From assembly GCA_964586015.1 (NCBI GenBank), contig CAZPHK010000003.1, forward strand, positions 358 to 64,357: a stretch of 64,000 nucleotides of DNA. The letters run 5' to 3'. The translations under genes were made by a program, and so were the position numbers. Below, in pieces: positions 53,294-63,057 of this stretch (position 1 is the first letter of the stretch; the number at the start of each line of letters is the position of its first letter). The notes beneath the pieces are model-generated. The model had not been told where the DNA came from, made no database searches, and saw only the letters and a program-made list of their open reading frames with translations. The stretch is from an uncultured Acidobacteriota bacterium (GTDB lineage: Bacteria; Acidobacteriota; UBA6911).

Positions 53294-54762
53294 AACCGAA
53301 GCAACGCCTCGTAGACTGGCCGAAAAAAGCCCTGTTCGACCAGATACCCCTGGAAATCATCGTCATCAACAAAGAATTCGAAATCGTTGATGCCAACATA
53401 CAGGCCAAGAAAACGTACCCCGGCTGGCGGCACAGGAAGTGTTACGAGCTTTACAAAAATAAGAAGCGAAAATGTCCCGGCTGCGCCGCCCTGAAAACAT
53501 TTAAAGACGGCAAAACACGGGTGGATTACCGCGACAACATTGACAGCCACGGCAACACCCATCACAAGATGGTAACCGTCTCCGCTTACGAGGATACGGA
53601 TGGGAAAATTCCATACGTCATCGAGATGGCTGTCGACATCACCGAACAGGTAACTCTCGAACGGGAATACCGCCTGCTGTTCGATAACGTTCCCTGCTAT
53701 GTCTCGGTGATCGACAGGAATTTCCTGGTAGTGGACAGTAACGCCCTGTTCAGGAACACTTTCTCCAAAAAGGAGGCCCGTTACTGTTACCAGATGTACA
53801 AGGGAAGAAACAAAGTTTGTGCGAACTGCTCTGCCACCAAGGCGTTCAAAACCGGCAAGCCCTGTACTTCTCTCCAGGTCGGCCTGGACAATGCGGGAAA
53901 TAAAACCCACTATATGGTCACAGCCGCCCCGCTTAAAATCAACGGGGGTACAGTCGACCGGGTGATTGAGATTTCGCTGGATGTTTCGGAGTTGATCCTG
54001 CTCCAGGAAAAGATCAAGCAGATTAAGAAGGAAAAGCTGGAAGTCGAGAGGTTCGCCGCGGTGGGACAAACGGTGGCCGGGCTGGCCCACGGGATCAAGA
54101 ATATCCTGATGGGGCTGGAAGGTGGAATGTACATCGTCAATTCAGGGCTTCAGAGAGATGACAATGACCTGGTCACGAGAGGCTGGACCATTCTTCAGAG
54201 CAACATTGCCAAGATCTCTTCGGTGGTCAAGGAGTACCTGCAGTTCGCCCGCGGCTCTGAAATCCAGGTGAATCTGGCGGATCCGGTCGCTATCGCCCGG
54301 GAAGTGGTCGACCTGTTCAGGGACCTGGCCAAACAGTCGGGCATTCAGCTGAAGGCTGATCTGCAGGAAAACATCCGGCCGGCGCCTCTCGATCCCGAGG
54401 GTATTCACACCTGTCTGTCCAACCTGGTTTCGAATGCGATCGACGCCTGCAATTTCAGCGAAAAGAAAAGGAAAAAAATCGAGTTGTCATGCTATGAAAA
54501 GGACCGTACGATAACATATGAAGTCAAGGACAACGGGACAGGAATGGATTACGAGGTGAAGAAAAGAATATTCTCGAATTTCTTTACTACCAAAGCATCA
54601 GGACAGGGAACCGGACTTGGACTTCTCGTCAGCCGCCGGATTGTATATGATCATGGCGGTCAGATCACCTTTGAATCCACTCTGCGGAGAGGATCCCTGT
54701 TTAAAATTGAATTGCCTAGAAAGCGTTTGCCCAAAATACGGACGTCGGAGAAGACGGAATAA
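53290..54762 (+). CDS. Sensor histidine kinase with two Cys-motif PAS-like domains
   Basis: ATGA overlap with the receiver. CYELYKNKKRKCPGCAALKTF and CYQMYKGRNKVCANCSATKAF. HisKA AGLAHGIKN. HATPase GTGLGLLVS. Confidence 0.85.
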   Translation: MKPKQRLVDWPKKALFDQIPLEIIVINKEFEIVDANIQAKKTYPGWRHRKCYELYKNKKRKCPGCAALKTFKDGKTRVDYRDNIDSHGNTHHKMVTVSAYEDTDGKIPYVIEMAVDITEQVTLEREYRLLFDNVPCYVSVIDRNFLVVDSNALFRNTFSKKEARYCYQMYKGRNKVCANCSATKAFKTGKPCTSLQVGLDNAGNKTHYMVTAAPLKINGGTVDRVIEISLDVSELILLQEKIKQIKKEKLEVERFAAVGQTVAGLAHGIKNILMGLEGGMYIVNSGLQRDDNDLVTRGWTILQSNIAKISSVVKEYLQFARGSEIQVNLADPVAIAREVVDLFRDLAKQSGIQLKADLQENIRPAPLDPEGIHTCLSNLVSNAIDACNFSEKKRKKIELSCYEKDRTITYEVKDNGTGMDYEVKKRIFSNFFTTKASGQGTGLGLLVSRRIVYDHGGQITFESTLRRGSLFKIELPRKRLPKIRTSEKTE

Positions 54763-54774
54763 CAGGGAGGCTCT

Positions 54775-55311
54775 ATGGTTGTCAATGTCGGAAAATTGGT
54801 ACTGGTCATCGATGATGAGCCGGATCTCCGGCTCTTTATCAAGACTGTCCTGGAGGATGCCGGTTTTGAGGTAGCGGTGGCCGGCAACGGCAAGGAAGCC
54901 CTGGAACGAATGACCGAGAAAAAACCGGATGTGATATCACTGGATCTGGTCATGCCGAAAATGTCCGGATTGAAATTCTACAAGTACATTCAGAAGAACA
55001 AGGACCGGTCCGGGATTCCGGTTATTGTCGTAACCGCCCACGCCAGGGACGAAATGGGCAAAACCGATCTCGAAAAGATCAAGGCGGCCAAACCCGAGGC
55101 CGGCACGATGTTCATCGTCGACAAGCCGATCGATCCGCCCGCTTACGTCAATACAGTCCGGCGGGCCCTAAGCATGTCCGAAATCGAACCGGAAGGAAGC
55201 GGCGAGGAAGACGTCCTCAAAGTCAAGTTGAAGGAAAAGATAAAGTCTGCAGATAAGAAGAAGCTGGAAGACGCCCTAAAAATCCTGGATCAGGAGGCTG
55301 AAGGAGGATAG
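54775..55311 (+). CDS. Response-regulator receiver with a charged C-terminal tail
   Basis: LVLVIDDEPDLR...DVISLDLVMPKMSG. Confidence 0.85.
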   Translation: MVVNVGKLVLVIDDEPDLRLFIKTVLEDAGFEVAVAGNGKEALERMTEKKPDVISLDLVMPKMSGLKFYKYIQKNKDRSGIPVIVVTAHARDEMGKTDLEKIKAAKPEAGTMFIVDKPIDPPAYVNTVRRALSMSEIEPEGSGEEDVLKVKLKEKIKSADKKKLEDALKILDQEAEGG

Positions 55312-55316
55312 TAGCA

Positions 55317-55706
55317 TTGAAGAAGATACTCATCGTGGATGACGAAGAAGATATTCTGGCATATCTCGGAACGTTTTTTCAGAATAACGGCTATCAGACA
55401 TGCACGGCCGGTGACGGACAGGAGGCGCTCGAGAAAACCAGAGCGGAAAATCCCGACCTGGTGACCCTGGATATCGTCATGCCCAAGAAGTCAGGGATTC
55501 GTTACTACCGGGAGATGAAAGACGATCCTCATCTCAAGAAGATTCCCATTATCATTATCACGGCTATTACCGGCTGGGGATACGATAAGGAAGGGTTCCA
55601 CAAATTCATAAAATCGAGCAAACAGGTGCCGCCGCCGGAGGGATTTCTGTCGAAACCGATAGATCCCGATGAGCTTCTGAAACTCGTTAAAAAATATCTC
55701 GATTAA
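55317..55706 (+). CDS. Stand-alone response-regulator receiver
   Basis: TTG start 8 nt after GAAGGAGGA. KILIVDDEEDIL...DLVTLDIVMPKKSG. Confidence 0.8.
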   Translation: MKKILIVDDEEDILAYLGTFFQNNGYQTCTAGDGQEALEKTRAENPDLVTLDIVMPKKSGIRYYREMKDDPHLKKIPIIIITAITGWGYDKEGFHKFIKSSKQVPPPEGFLSKPIDPDELLKLVKKYLD

Positions 55707-55720
55707 AGAAAGAGGTAAAA

Positions 55721-55788
55721 GGGCGAACACAAGGTTCGCGCTCATTTGGTGACGAGGCCGGAACAAGGGCGAAAAAAAGGTTCGCCCC
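55721..55788 (+). repeat. 68-nt double-hairpin repeat unit, copy 1
   Basis: gggcgaacacaaggttcgcgc - tcatttggtgacgaggccggaaca - agggcgaaaaaaaggttcgcccc. Matches 58896-58963. Confidence 0.8.
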
Positions 55789-55967
55789 TACGAGTCCGCG
55801 TTTCTCACAGCCGGGGCGTTTTGCCCCCCAATCACTCGCTATTGCCTCCAACCGGCTATAAAAAAACATTCCGCATGTAATTATTAATGTTTCCGCACCC
55901 GATGTGATAGGCTTATGTCAAAATCGTAATTCTTATGAATTGAATCCATTCCGGAGAGAGGGGCGCA

Positions 55968-58754
55968 ATGAGCAGAGTCCTGTGCCTGTCCGTAATGCTT
56001 GTTTTAATGGCCGTCGAATCGGTACATTCTCAGGAAAGCTGCCCGGCGCCGTCCTTTGCGCTGCCGACGGACGCATCGAACATTATGAGCGAGCAGCAGG
56101 AAAATGATTTCGGCGATGCCTTCGCGGAACAGATTCAGAGGGAGTTTCTGGTCATAGAAGACGAGATAACGGAAAATATCCGCAGGATCGGGCGGAGGCT
56201 CCTGGAGCAGGCCCCGACGTCTGGTCTGCATTTCCAATTCTATCTCGTAGAATATCCACGATTGAACGCCTTCAGTCTGCCCGGAGGGCGCATTTATATC
56301 CCCAGAAAAATGGTTGCCGCCTGTGAGAATGAAGACGAGCTCGCCGGGGTGATCGGCCATGAGATCGGCCATCTTCTTATGCGGCACCAGGCCATCGACC
56401 TCACTTACATGCTCCGGAAGGTTCTGGAGATTTCCTCGGTCGGGGACCGCAACGACGTGTTTGCCGTATACAACCGGCTTCTGGACAATACGGCGCGAAA
56501 TCCCAAGGCTCTGAAAGCCGTCTCCCGCGAGAATGAAGAGCAGGAAATCGCAGCCGATCGCATTTCAGTGTACCTTGTCAAGAAGGCCGGGTATTCGCCC
56601 GAAGCCTTCATAACATTCTGGGATCGGGTACTGGAGGTAGAAGGGGAAACGGGTAACATTCTAAGCGACTTTTTCAGGACCACAAAGCCGGAACAGAAAC
56701 GCCTCAGGGAAATGCAGCGCGTCGCCGAGCAGCTGCCGGACGCCTGCGCCGGTCCGAGGCCCGCAGCGACTGCCGAAGAATTTGAAAAATGGAAAACCGC
56801 CGTCATGGCATACTCCGGTCTTGGACACCGGGAGTCCCTGCCCGCCGCCGAGAGGAAACTGCCGTTGAAGCCGCGATTGAGAGGCAACATCACGCATATG
56901 CGTTTCAGCCGCGACGGCAAATACCTTCTGGCGCAGGATTCATCGAGCATCTTCGTGCTTTCGCGCGAACCCTTCAAGATTCTGTTTCGAATCGATGCCC
57001 GGAATGCCCGTCCCGCGCAGTTCACACCCGATTCCGAATTTGTGGTTTTCAATACAAGCAGCCTGCGCGTTGAAAAATGGAACGTTGCCGGGCAACAAAG
57101 AAAAGATGTTCAGGAAATGGCTTTGATGTATGACTGCCTCGATGACAGACTTTCCCCGGACGGCCGCCATCTTGCCTGCTTTGATTCGGACAGTAAATTG
57201 GACCTGCTCAGGGTTTCGGACGGGGCAAAGATTTTTCAATGGGATTTCTCGGATTCGGCGTATTCCCCTACTGTTGCCCGACTGCTTATTCTCCTGAAAG
57301 TCCGTTCCTGCAAGCTGGAGTTCAGCCCCGATGGACGTTATTTCATAGGATCGGGGGATTTTGGATTCAACCAGAAAGTCGCCTATGATTTTCTTGAAAA
57401 CAAGAAGGTTAAATTACCGGGTTCCATCAAGGACAGGCTTTACCGGTCTTTTGGATTCATGAGCGATAACCGCTTTGTCGGGATTAAGAGCCATGAGGAA
57501 GAAAATGCAGCCGTAATCCGTTTTCCCTCCGGCGAGGTGCTGCATAAAATGCCGGTAGGCCTGGCGAGTATATCCACGACGACACGTGGCGACTATTTAA
57601 TCATACGGCCGGTCCAGAAATACCCTGCAGGCATCATGGATCTGACACAAAACAAGATCGTGCTGGGCAGCAAACAGGAAGCCATCGATTTCTACGATAA
57701 AGAATTCGCCTCAGAGCAAACAGACGGAGTTCTTTCTCTCTTTAATATAGACAAAGATGAAGCTGTCGGAAGGGCCGAATTGCCCGAGAGCCCGTTGCCC
57801 CAGCCGATGGCGGCTTCCCTTTCAGCCGACCAGAACTGGCTCGCTGTATCCGAAAGGAGCCGCGGTGCAATCTGGGATTTACGTACGGGATCGCGGACCT
57901 TTCTGGCCCGGAATTTCCAGGCGGCTTACTTTGCTCCCGACAACACGCTTATCGTGGATTTTCCCGAATCGGGTGAAGAAAAACGAATGATATTGCGAAT
58001 CAATCCCGCGGGACCGAGTGTTGTCTCAAGCGCCCGGATTGAAGATGACCGGAGCATCAGGCAGCAAGGGCTGTATCTTATCGAGCAGAAAGAACCGGAG
58101 AAATCAAGGAATCACGCCAGGACCCTGTTGTCGGTCATAAATGCCGCGACAGGACGGGAGCTCTGGAATCGGGATTATCCGAAAGATTTCCCATGGATGG
58201 GCTTTAATTCCGACGAAAATAAGGCCATTTTTCTATGGCACGCCACGTCGGATTTCGTCAAGGATGAAAGCAGGAACGATCCTGTTTTAAAGAAGAAGAT
58301 TAAATCAAAAAAAGAAAGGCAGGGAGACTACTATATTAAAGTCCTTCAGGCATCCACGGGAAAGGTACTCAATACCGTATATGTGGAGACCGGCAGAGGA
58401 TCTTTCCGTCTTCTTTATGCCGAGCTTGCCGGCGATTATTTAATTCTTCACGACAATCAGAACCGACTGCTGATTTACTCCATATCGAGCGGGGAGCGCC
58501 TCGGCCAGGTATTCGGATTCAACGGCAGCCTTTCCCCGACAACGCCGCTGCTTGCGGTAGAGAACAAGCCCGGAATCCTGACCGTCTACTCTCTCCCTGC
58601 CATGCAGGAATTCACGAAGCTGAAGTTCACCCGCCCGTGTGTCTTTGTCAAATTCAGCCGGGACGGAAAACGGCTGTTTGTATTGACGGACGACCAGATG
58701 ACATATCTGTTCCGCACCGAACTCCTGTCGGCCGGCGTTGAAGGCACGGATTGA
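55968..58754 (+). CDS. Secreted M48-family Zn-metallopeptidase fused to a long beta-propeller-like region
   Basis: Signal peptide. HEIGHLLMRH (HExxH) within an M48-like block. About 650 further residues carry PDG/SPDG repeat motifs. Confidence 0.8.
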   Translation: MSRVLCLSVMLVLMAVESVHSQESCPAPSFALPTDASNIMSEQQENDFGDAFAEQIQREFLVIEDEITENIRRIGRRLLEQAPTSGLHFQFYLVEYPRLNAFSLPGGRIYIPRKMVAACENEDELAGVIGHEIGHLLMRHQAIDLTYMLRKVLEISSVGDRNDVFAVYNRLLDNTARNPKALKAVSRENEEQEIAADRISVYLVKKAGYSPEAFITFWDRVLEVEGETGNILSDFFRTTKPEQKRLREMQRVAEQLPDACAGPRPAATAEEFEKWKTAVMAYSGLGHRESLPAAERKLPLKPRLRGNITHMRFSRDGKYLLAQDSSSIFVLSREPFKILFRIDARNARPAQFTPDSEFVVFNTSSLRVEKWNVAGQQRKDVQEMALMYDCLDDRLSPDGRHLACFDSDSKLDLLRVSDGAKIFQWDFSDSAYSPTVARLLILLKVRSCKLEFSPDGRYFIGSGDFGFNQKVAYDFLENKKVKLPGSIKDRLYRSFGFMSDNRFVGIKSHEEENAAVIRFPSGEVLHKMPVGLASISTTTRGDYLIIRPVQKYPAGIMDLTQNKIVLGSKQEAIDFYDKEFASEQTDGVLSLFNIDKDEAVGRAELPESPLPQPMAASLSADQNWLAVSERSRGAIWDLRTGSRTFLARNFQAAYFAPDNTLIVDFPESGEEKRMILRINPAGPSVVSSARIEDDRSIRQQGLYLIEQKEPEKSRNHARTLLSVINAATGRELWNRDYPKDFPWMGFNSDENKAIFLWHATSDFVKDESRNDPVLKKKIKSKKERQGDYYIKVLQASTGKVLNTVYVETGRGSFRLLYAELAGDYLILHDNQNRLLIYSISSGERLGQVFGFNGSLSPTTPLLAVENKPGILTVYSLPAMQEFTKLKFTRPCVFVKFSRDGKRLFVLTDDQMTYLFRTELLSAGVEGTD

Positions 58755-58895
58755 GCTGAATAAATTCTGGAAAATCCTATGCCTCTGAACTTAAAGAAAG
58801 AGGTAAAAGGGCGAACCCGAGTTTCGCATGAGATGAATCCGGAATACCCTGAAAAATATGAAAACGATAAGCTAAATGACTTGCCTGCGAAAGTC

Positions 58896-58963
58896 GGGCG
58901 AACACCAGGGTTCCCGCTCATTCGGTGACGAGGCCGGAACAGGGGCGAACAAAAGGTTCGCGC
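58896..58963 (+). repeat. 68-nt double-hairpin repeat unit, copy 2
   Basis: gggcgaacaccagggttcccgc - tcattcggtgacgaggccggaaca - ggggcgaacaaaaggttcgcgc. Confidence 0.8.
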
Positions 58964-59047
58964 TTTAAAAAACAGTCGGCAGTCGATAGTATGCAGTGCC
59001 CTATCTAGGATTTCGGATATGATGAAAAGAGGGTTGAGTGGGTTGTA

Positions 59048-59075
59048 GGGGCGAACCTTGTGTTCGCCCTTTTTT
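59048..59075 (+). terminator. GGGGCGAAC hairpin repeat plus T6 (intrinsic terminator-like)
   Basis: ggggcgaaccttgtgttcgccc followed by tttttt. Lies between convergent genes. Confidence 0.55.
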
Positions 59076-59083
59076 CATGCGTA

Positions 59084-61543
59084 TTAGATCTTCCCGAGGG
59101 CTTTGAGGACTTTATCGGGCGTTAATGGATAATCCAAAGCCCATTTGCCGGTCGCGTTGAAGATCGCACCGGCGGTGATTCCCGACATGGAGGCCCCGCT
59201 GTCCTCGCCGACGCCGCAGGCCCCATAAGACGAATAGCCGAGGTGGCTTTCGTTTATGACGCATTCGACCGGCGGGTAATCGTTCATCGTTCCGATGTGA
59301 TAGCCGATGTTGTCGAAATTCAGCCCGACGCCCGTCGCAGGGCAATAGACTTTCTCTTCAGTTGCGCTTCTTCCCAGTCCCATAATCGCCCCGCCATACT
59401 GCTGGGCTTCCGCCCCACGCCGGTTGAAAAGATGCCCGACGTCGTTGACGCACACCAGGTTGGTGACGAGGACTTCTCCCGTTTCCGTATCCACCTCGAC
59501 TTCCATGAAATGCGCCTGTCGGCTCATGATGTACATATCGCGGTGCGGCTTTCCGTCGAGGGTTAATCCGCCGACATTCGGTACTGTAGGATGGATGATC
59601 GCCGGATCGTCGCCCCAGAAAGGTGTCGCCACATCTCCAACGGATTTTCTGTTGGCGGGATTCGCCTTTTCGAAAATGAAGCCGTCTTTGACATCGAGAT
59701 CTTCCGGCTTTTTCCCAGGGAACTGAGCCGGGCCGGGGCCCATCATGCCCGTACTCGGACGCACGGCATAATCGAGAATTTTCTGTTTCAGCATCCTGGC
59801 GGCCGTTATCAGCTGGGGCGTATTCTGGCTGATTCCCATGGAACCACCCGGCACCCAGAAATGGAAGGTGTTGGCGTCCGACCGCTGCTGCTGCAGGACA
59901 ATTTCCTCGTATGGCATTCCGGCTTCCGTCGCCACGCAATGACGGATGGCCGATTCGGTATCCATTCCGAAATCGGCCCGAAGGCCCTGGATCGTCACTT
60001 TCCCCTCGCGCAGTATCAGGCAGGCGAACTGCCTTCCTGAAATCCAGCTCCACTCGTTGATGGAAACAAATCCGAGCCCGTGCATTCTTCCATTGGGCAG
60101 TTTTACCGTGCCCGGAGCATGCCATTTCCCGTCCCAGTCAATCGCTTTCTTACCTTTTTCCATGCACTCCCGGAGACTCTGCCTTTGGGGGAATCCGTTT
60201 TCTTTCTGATACTTTGTAACCCAATCCCAATAGTGCCCATGGCAGCCGTCGTTCGTGAGCGCCACTTCCGTCGGATCCAGGCCGAATTCAGCCGCCACCA
60301 TATCGAACATCACATTATGCGGTACGCAGCAATGCGCGCCATGCCGGAAGCAAATATGATGTCCCTGGTTGATCAGGGCCCATTCCTGTTTATTGCGCAA
60401 ATTCGGTATGCCTGTGGATGCATGTGTTTTTTCTATGTGCTCTTCGCCGAAAGATCCCGTGACATACCATTCGCAGGCGGTAATGGTTCCGTCTTTCCTG
60501 GCGCCCACCCTGCATCGGTACGTGCCGGCATCGTCGCCGATTAAATAGAAATTGCTCTCATCATACAGCAGTTTCACCGGCCGGTTTTTAGCTCTTCTGG
60601 CCAGAATGGCGGCCATTCTTATAAATGCCGTTGAATATCCCAACCATGCGATGCCGCCGTACCACGCTCCCTGATAGGGCACCGTCACGGTAATTTTGTT
60701 GTGCTCGCAGATCGGAGCGAGCGGCTTGTCCCGACCCGTTTCTTCAGAATCCGGATCGAACTTCGGTATCGGCTGCGAAAGCAGCGAGATCCATGACAAA
60801 CCGCCTCTCAGAGTACTCGGGCTGCTCAGCACCGGCTGCATATGGGCCGTATGGTGGGGCCATATGTCGAGAAAATCCCCCCTCCACTGTGCCACGCAGG
60901 CCATAGCCTCAACACCCGCCGTGGTGTTTGGCGCCCTTGTGAGTGTGTATTCAATAACCTTGTCCGCTTCGGCAAAACCCTTCTCGACATCTCCATATTC
61001 TATCGTTCTGGCCGCAAGGGTATTCGGATCTTTGGCATTTTCAAAGCGCCGGACTTCCGGCATGATTCTGGGCGCGTCCGGCTTCAGGGATTCTTCCATG
61101 TCCAGGATAAACGGTAATTCTTCCCATTCGATTTCAATCATTCGGAGCGCCCGGTCGCAAATCTCCTCACTGTCGGCCACTACGGCAACGCCCATCGGGT
61201 GCTGATAGTGATCGCTTGTGCGGGGAAGGGCTAGGATATTGTATGCGGCGGCGCAATATCCGCCCGTGGAATTCTCAAACTCGATATCGGGATCATCAAA
61301 CTTCAGGACATCCCGAACCCCTGTAAGCGCTTCCGCCCTGCTCGTGTCCATGCTCTTGATCCTGGCATGCGAATAGGGTGAGGTAAGAATCTTTGCATAC
61401 AGCATTCCTGGAAGATCCACATCCCGCGTGAAAACCGCCTGGCCCGAAAGCTTGTCGTGGGCATCCTGGCGTAATTTGCTGTTATCGACGGGCACAACCC
61501 CCTCAGGCGCTTCCCATGTCCAGGGCTTAAATTCTTCCGGCAT
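59084..61543 (-). CDS. Xanthine dehydrogenase / aldehyde oxidase family molybdopterin-binding subunit (orphan, paralogue 2)
   Basis: 819 aa. GMLYAKILTSPYSHARIKSMDTSRAEALTGV. The C-terminal TPDKVLKALGKI is shared with the 30472 gene. Confidence 0.85.
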   Translation of the reverse strand: MPEEFKPWTWEAPEGVVPVDNSKLRQDAHDKLSGQAVFTRDVDLPGMLYAKILTSPYSHARIKSMDTSRAEALTGVRDVLKFDDPDIEFENSTGGYCAAAYNILALPRTSDHYQHPMGVAVVADSEEICDRALRMIEIEWEELPFILDMEESLKPDAPRIMPEVRRFENAKDPNTLAARTIEYGDVEKGFAEADKVIEYTLTRAPNTTAGVEAMACVAQWRGDFLDIWPHHTAHMQPVLSSPSTLRGGLSWISLLSQPIPKFDPDSEETGRDKPLAPICEHNKITVTVPYQGAWYGGIAWLGYSTAFIRMAAILARRAKNRPVKLLYDESNFYLIGDDAGTYRCRVGARKDGTITACEWYVTGSFGEEHIEKTHASTGIPNLRNKQEWALINQGHHICFRHGAHCCVPHNVMFDMVAAEFGLDPTEVALTNDGCHGHYWDWVTKYQKENGFPQRQSLRECMEKGKKAIDWDGKWHAPGTVKLPNGRMHGLGFVSINEWSWISGRQFACLILREGKVTIQGLRADFGMDTESAIRHCVATEAGMPYEEIVLQQQRSDANTFHFWVPGGSMGISQNTPQLITAARMLKQKILDYAVRPSTGMMGPGPAQFPGKKPEDLDVKDGFIFEKANPANRKSVGDVATPFWGDDPAIIHPTVPNVGGLTLDGKPHRDMYIMSRQAHFMEVEVDTETGEVLVTNLVCVNDVGHLFNRRGAEAQQYGGAIMGLGRSATEEKVYCPATGVGLNFDNIGYHIGTMNDYPPVECVINESHLGYSSYGACGVGEDSGASMSGITAGAIFNATGKWALDYPLTPDKVLKALGKI

Positions 61544-61790
61544 CTCGGTCCTCCCACCCGGAACCTTTGTTTCCGGAGCTTATAAACAGAGGGCTTGGAG
61601 TGTAATCCCGACAAACGGATCCTAAGTCACGGCATTGAAACACCCGGGCCCGGAAATTAAGGTAATTCTTAACATAGCTGGAGGGCAAGTTTAACACCTA
61701 TTTCCCGCCGACGAACACATTAAAAGCCGCCCTTAAATAAATTTCATGAGGACTATGATATAGTGCGGGTAACAGGGGAGGGCACGCGTT

Positions 61791-62873
61791 ATGAACAGCA
61801 AGTACGGACATCTCATAAAACCTCTGAGCATCGGCGCGATGAGCTGGGAGGATGCTGAAAAGACGCCGGGACAGCCGGGCCCATTGATGATCGGGCCGGG
61901 GAATGCGGGCCGGGAAATCCGGCTCAACGGCCGGGATCACCTGGAGGGTTTGAACCTGAATTTCTCCTGGGGAGTCCATACCGGCTTGGGCGACTGGCAC
62001 GCCGGCCTGGATCCGCACGTCCATCCCTATCCGGAGTGTCTCCTTTTCGTAGGCCTGGATACGGCCAATGTCAAATACCTGGGCGCCGAAATCAGCTGCT
62101 GCCTGGGTTCCGAACTCGAAACCTACACATTTAACGAACCGACCGTCATTGTTGTTCCGGCCGGCCTGCCTCACGGCCCGATTACGACAAACCGGATGTA
62201 CAGTCCCAGGGGGTTCGGGTTCTGGGCCGTCGAGCTGAACGCCGTCACCGAAATGACCTGGATGGGAAAAGGGATCGCAAACCTGACCGCCGAACAGCTG
62301 AAAAATGTTCCGGAGGGCATGCAGTTTGCCCCGGTGGAGAAAATCCTGAAAAACGGACCTGCAGAGCCGACCGGGAAATATGCCCGCCTGGTGAAGCCGC
62401 TGAAATCATTCGTCCTGGTGGAGCGCAGGAAAATAAATCCGGACCGGCTCATGCAGATTCAGGCGGGCCGTCAGGAAGATCCAAAACGGCCTGATGGAAA
62501 ACCGGGGCCGGGCAGTCCCGACCATCTGGCCTGGATGTGCGGTTCCGACCTCGAGGGGATGGATGCCAATATCCTCTGGGGATTCTGCAGCGGGCCCGGC
62601 ATCGGGCGCCGGGGAGCCGGAGCGCACGTGCATCCGACGGATGAAGTCCTGGTCTACCTGGGCATGGACCCGGAGAATCCCGACGCCCTCGGTGCGGAAA
62701 TCGAGGTGGATATGGGGAAAGAACATGAAAGACACTTTATCGACAAGCCCGCGGCCCTTGTATGTCCCGCAGGGACACCCCATATGCCCCAGGTGACCCG
62801 ATGGGTCGACAAACCCTTTGCGTTTTTCGCGGTCACCCTTTCCGGCGCACATGAAGCGGAGGTTATAGATTAA
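61791..62873 (+). CDS. Bicupin metalloprotein of unknown function
   Basis: Two cupin halves, each with HVHPxxE and PxGxPH motifs (DPHVHPYPECLLFVG...PAGLPHGP and AHVHPTDEVLVYLG...PAGTPHMP). Confidence 0.7.
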   Translation: MNSKYGHLIKPLSIGAMSWEDAEKTPGQPGPLMIGPGNAGREIRLNGRDHLEGLNLNFSWGVHTGLGDWHAGLDPHVHPYPECLLFVGLDTANVKYLGAEISCCLGSELETYTFNEPTVIVVPAGLPHGPITTNRMYSPRGFGFWAVELNAVTEMTWMGKGIANLTAEQLKNVPEGMQFAPVEKILKNGPAEPTGKYARLVKPLKSFVLVERRKINPDRLMQIQAGRQEDPKRPDGKPGPGSPDHLAWMCGSDLEGMDANILWGFCSGPGIGRRGAGAHVHPTDEVLVYLGMDPENPDALGAEIEVDMGKEHERHFIDKPAALVCPAGTPHMPQVTRWVDKPFAFFAVTLSGAHEAEVID

Positions 62874-62900
62874 GCGGTAAAAAGACTGTAGAAGAATGTA

Positions 62901-62921
62901 GGGGCGAATCCTGTGTTCGCC
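62901..62921 (+). repeat. Degenerate copy of the GGGGCGAAC hairpin repeat
   Basis: ggggcgaatcctgtgttcgcc, 28 nt after the bicupin stop. Confidence 0.6.
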
Positions 62922-63057
62922 TTATAAAAAAATGTTGCATGTTGCACGTTTACGCGTTGCACGTTAAAAACAAAAAGATCGTTGAAAGTTCAAACATGGG
63001 GCGTAATTTTCAATTTTCTATTTTGAATTTTGATTTTTTTATAGAGGGACATTAGAA

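Noticed and set aside
28605-62921. GGGCGAAC hairpin repeats as a CRISPR array
   Set aside because: The copies are dispersed over 34 kb, irregularly spaced and in both orientations. There are no uniform spacers and no cas genes.
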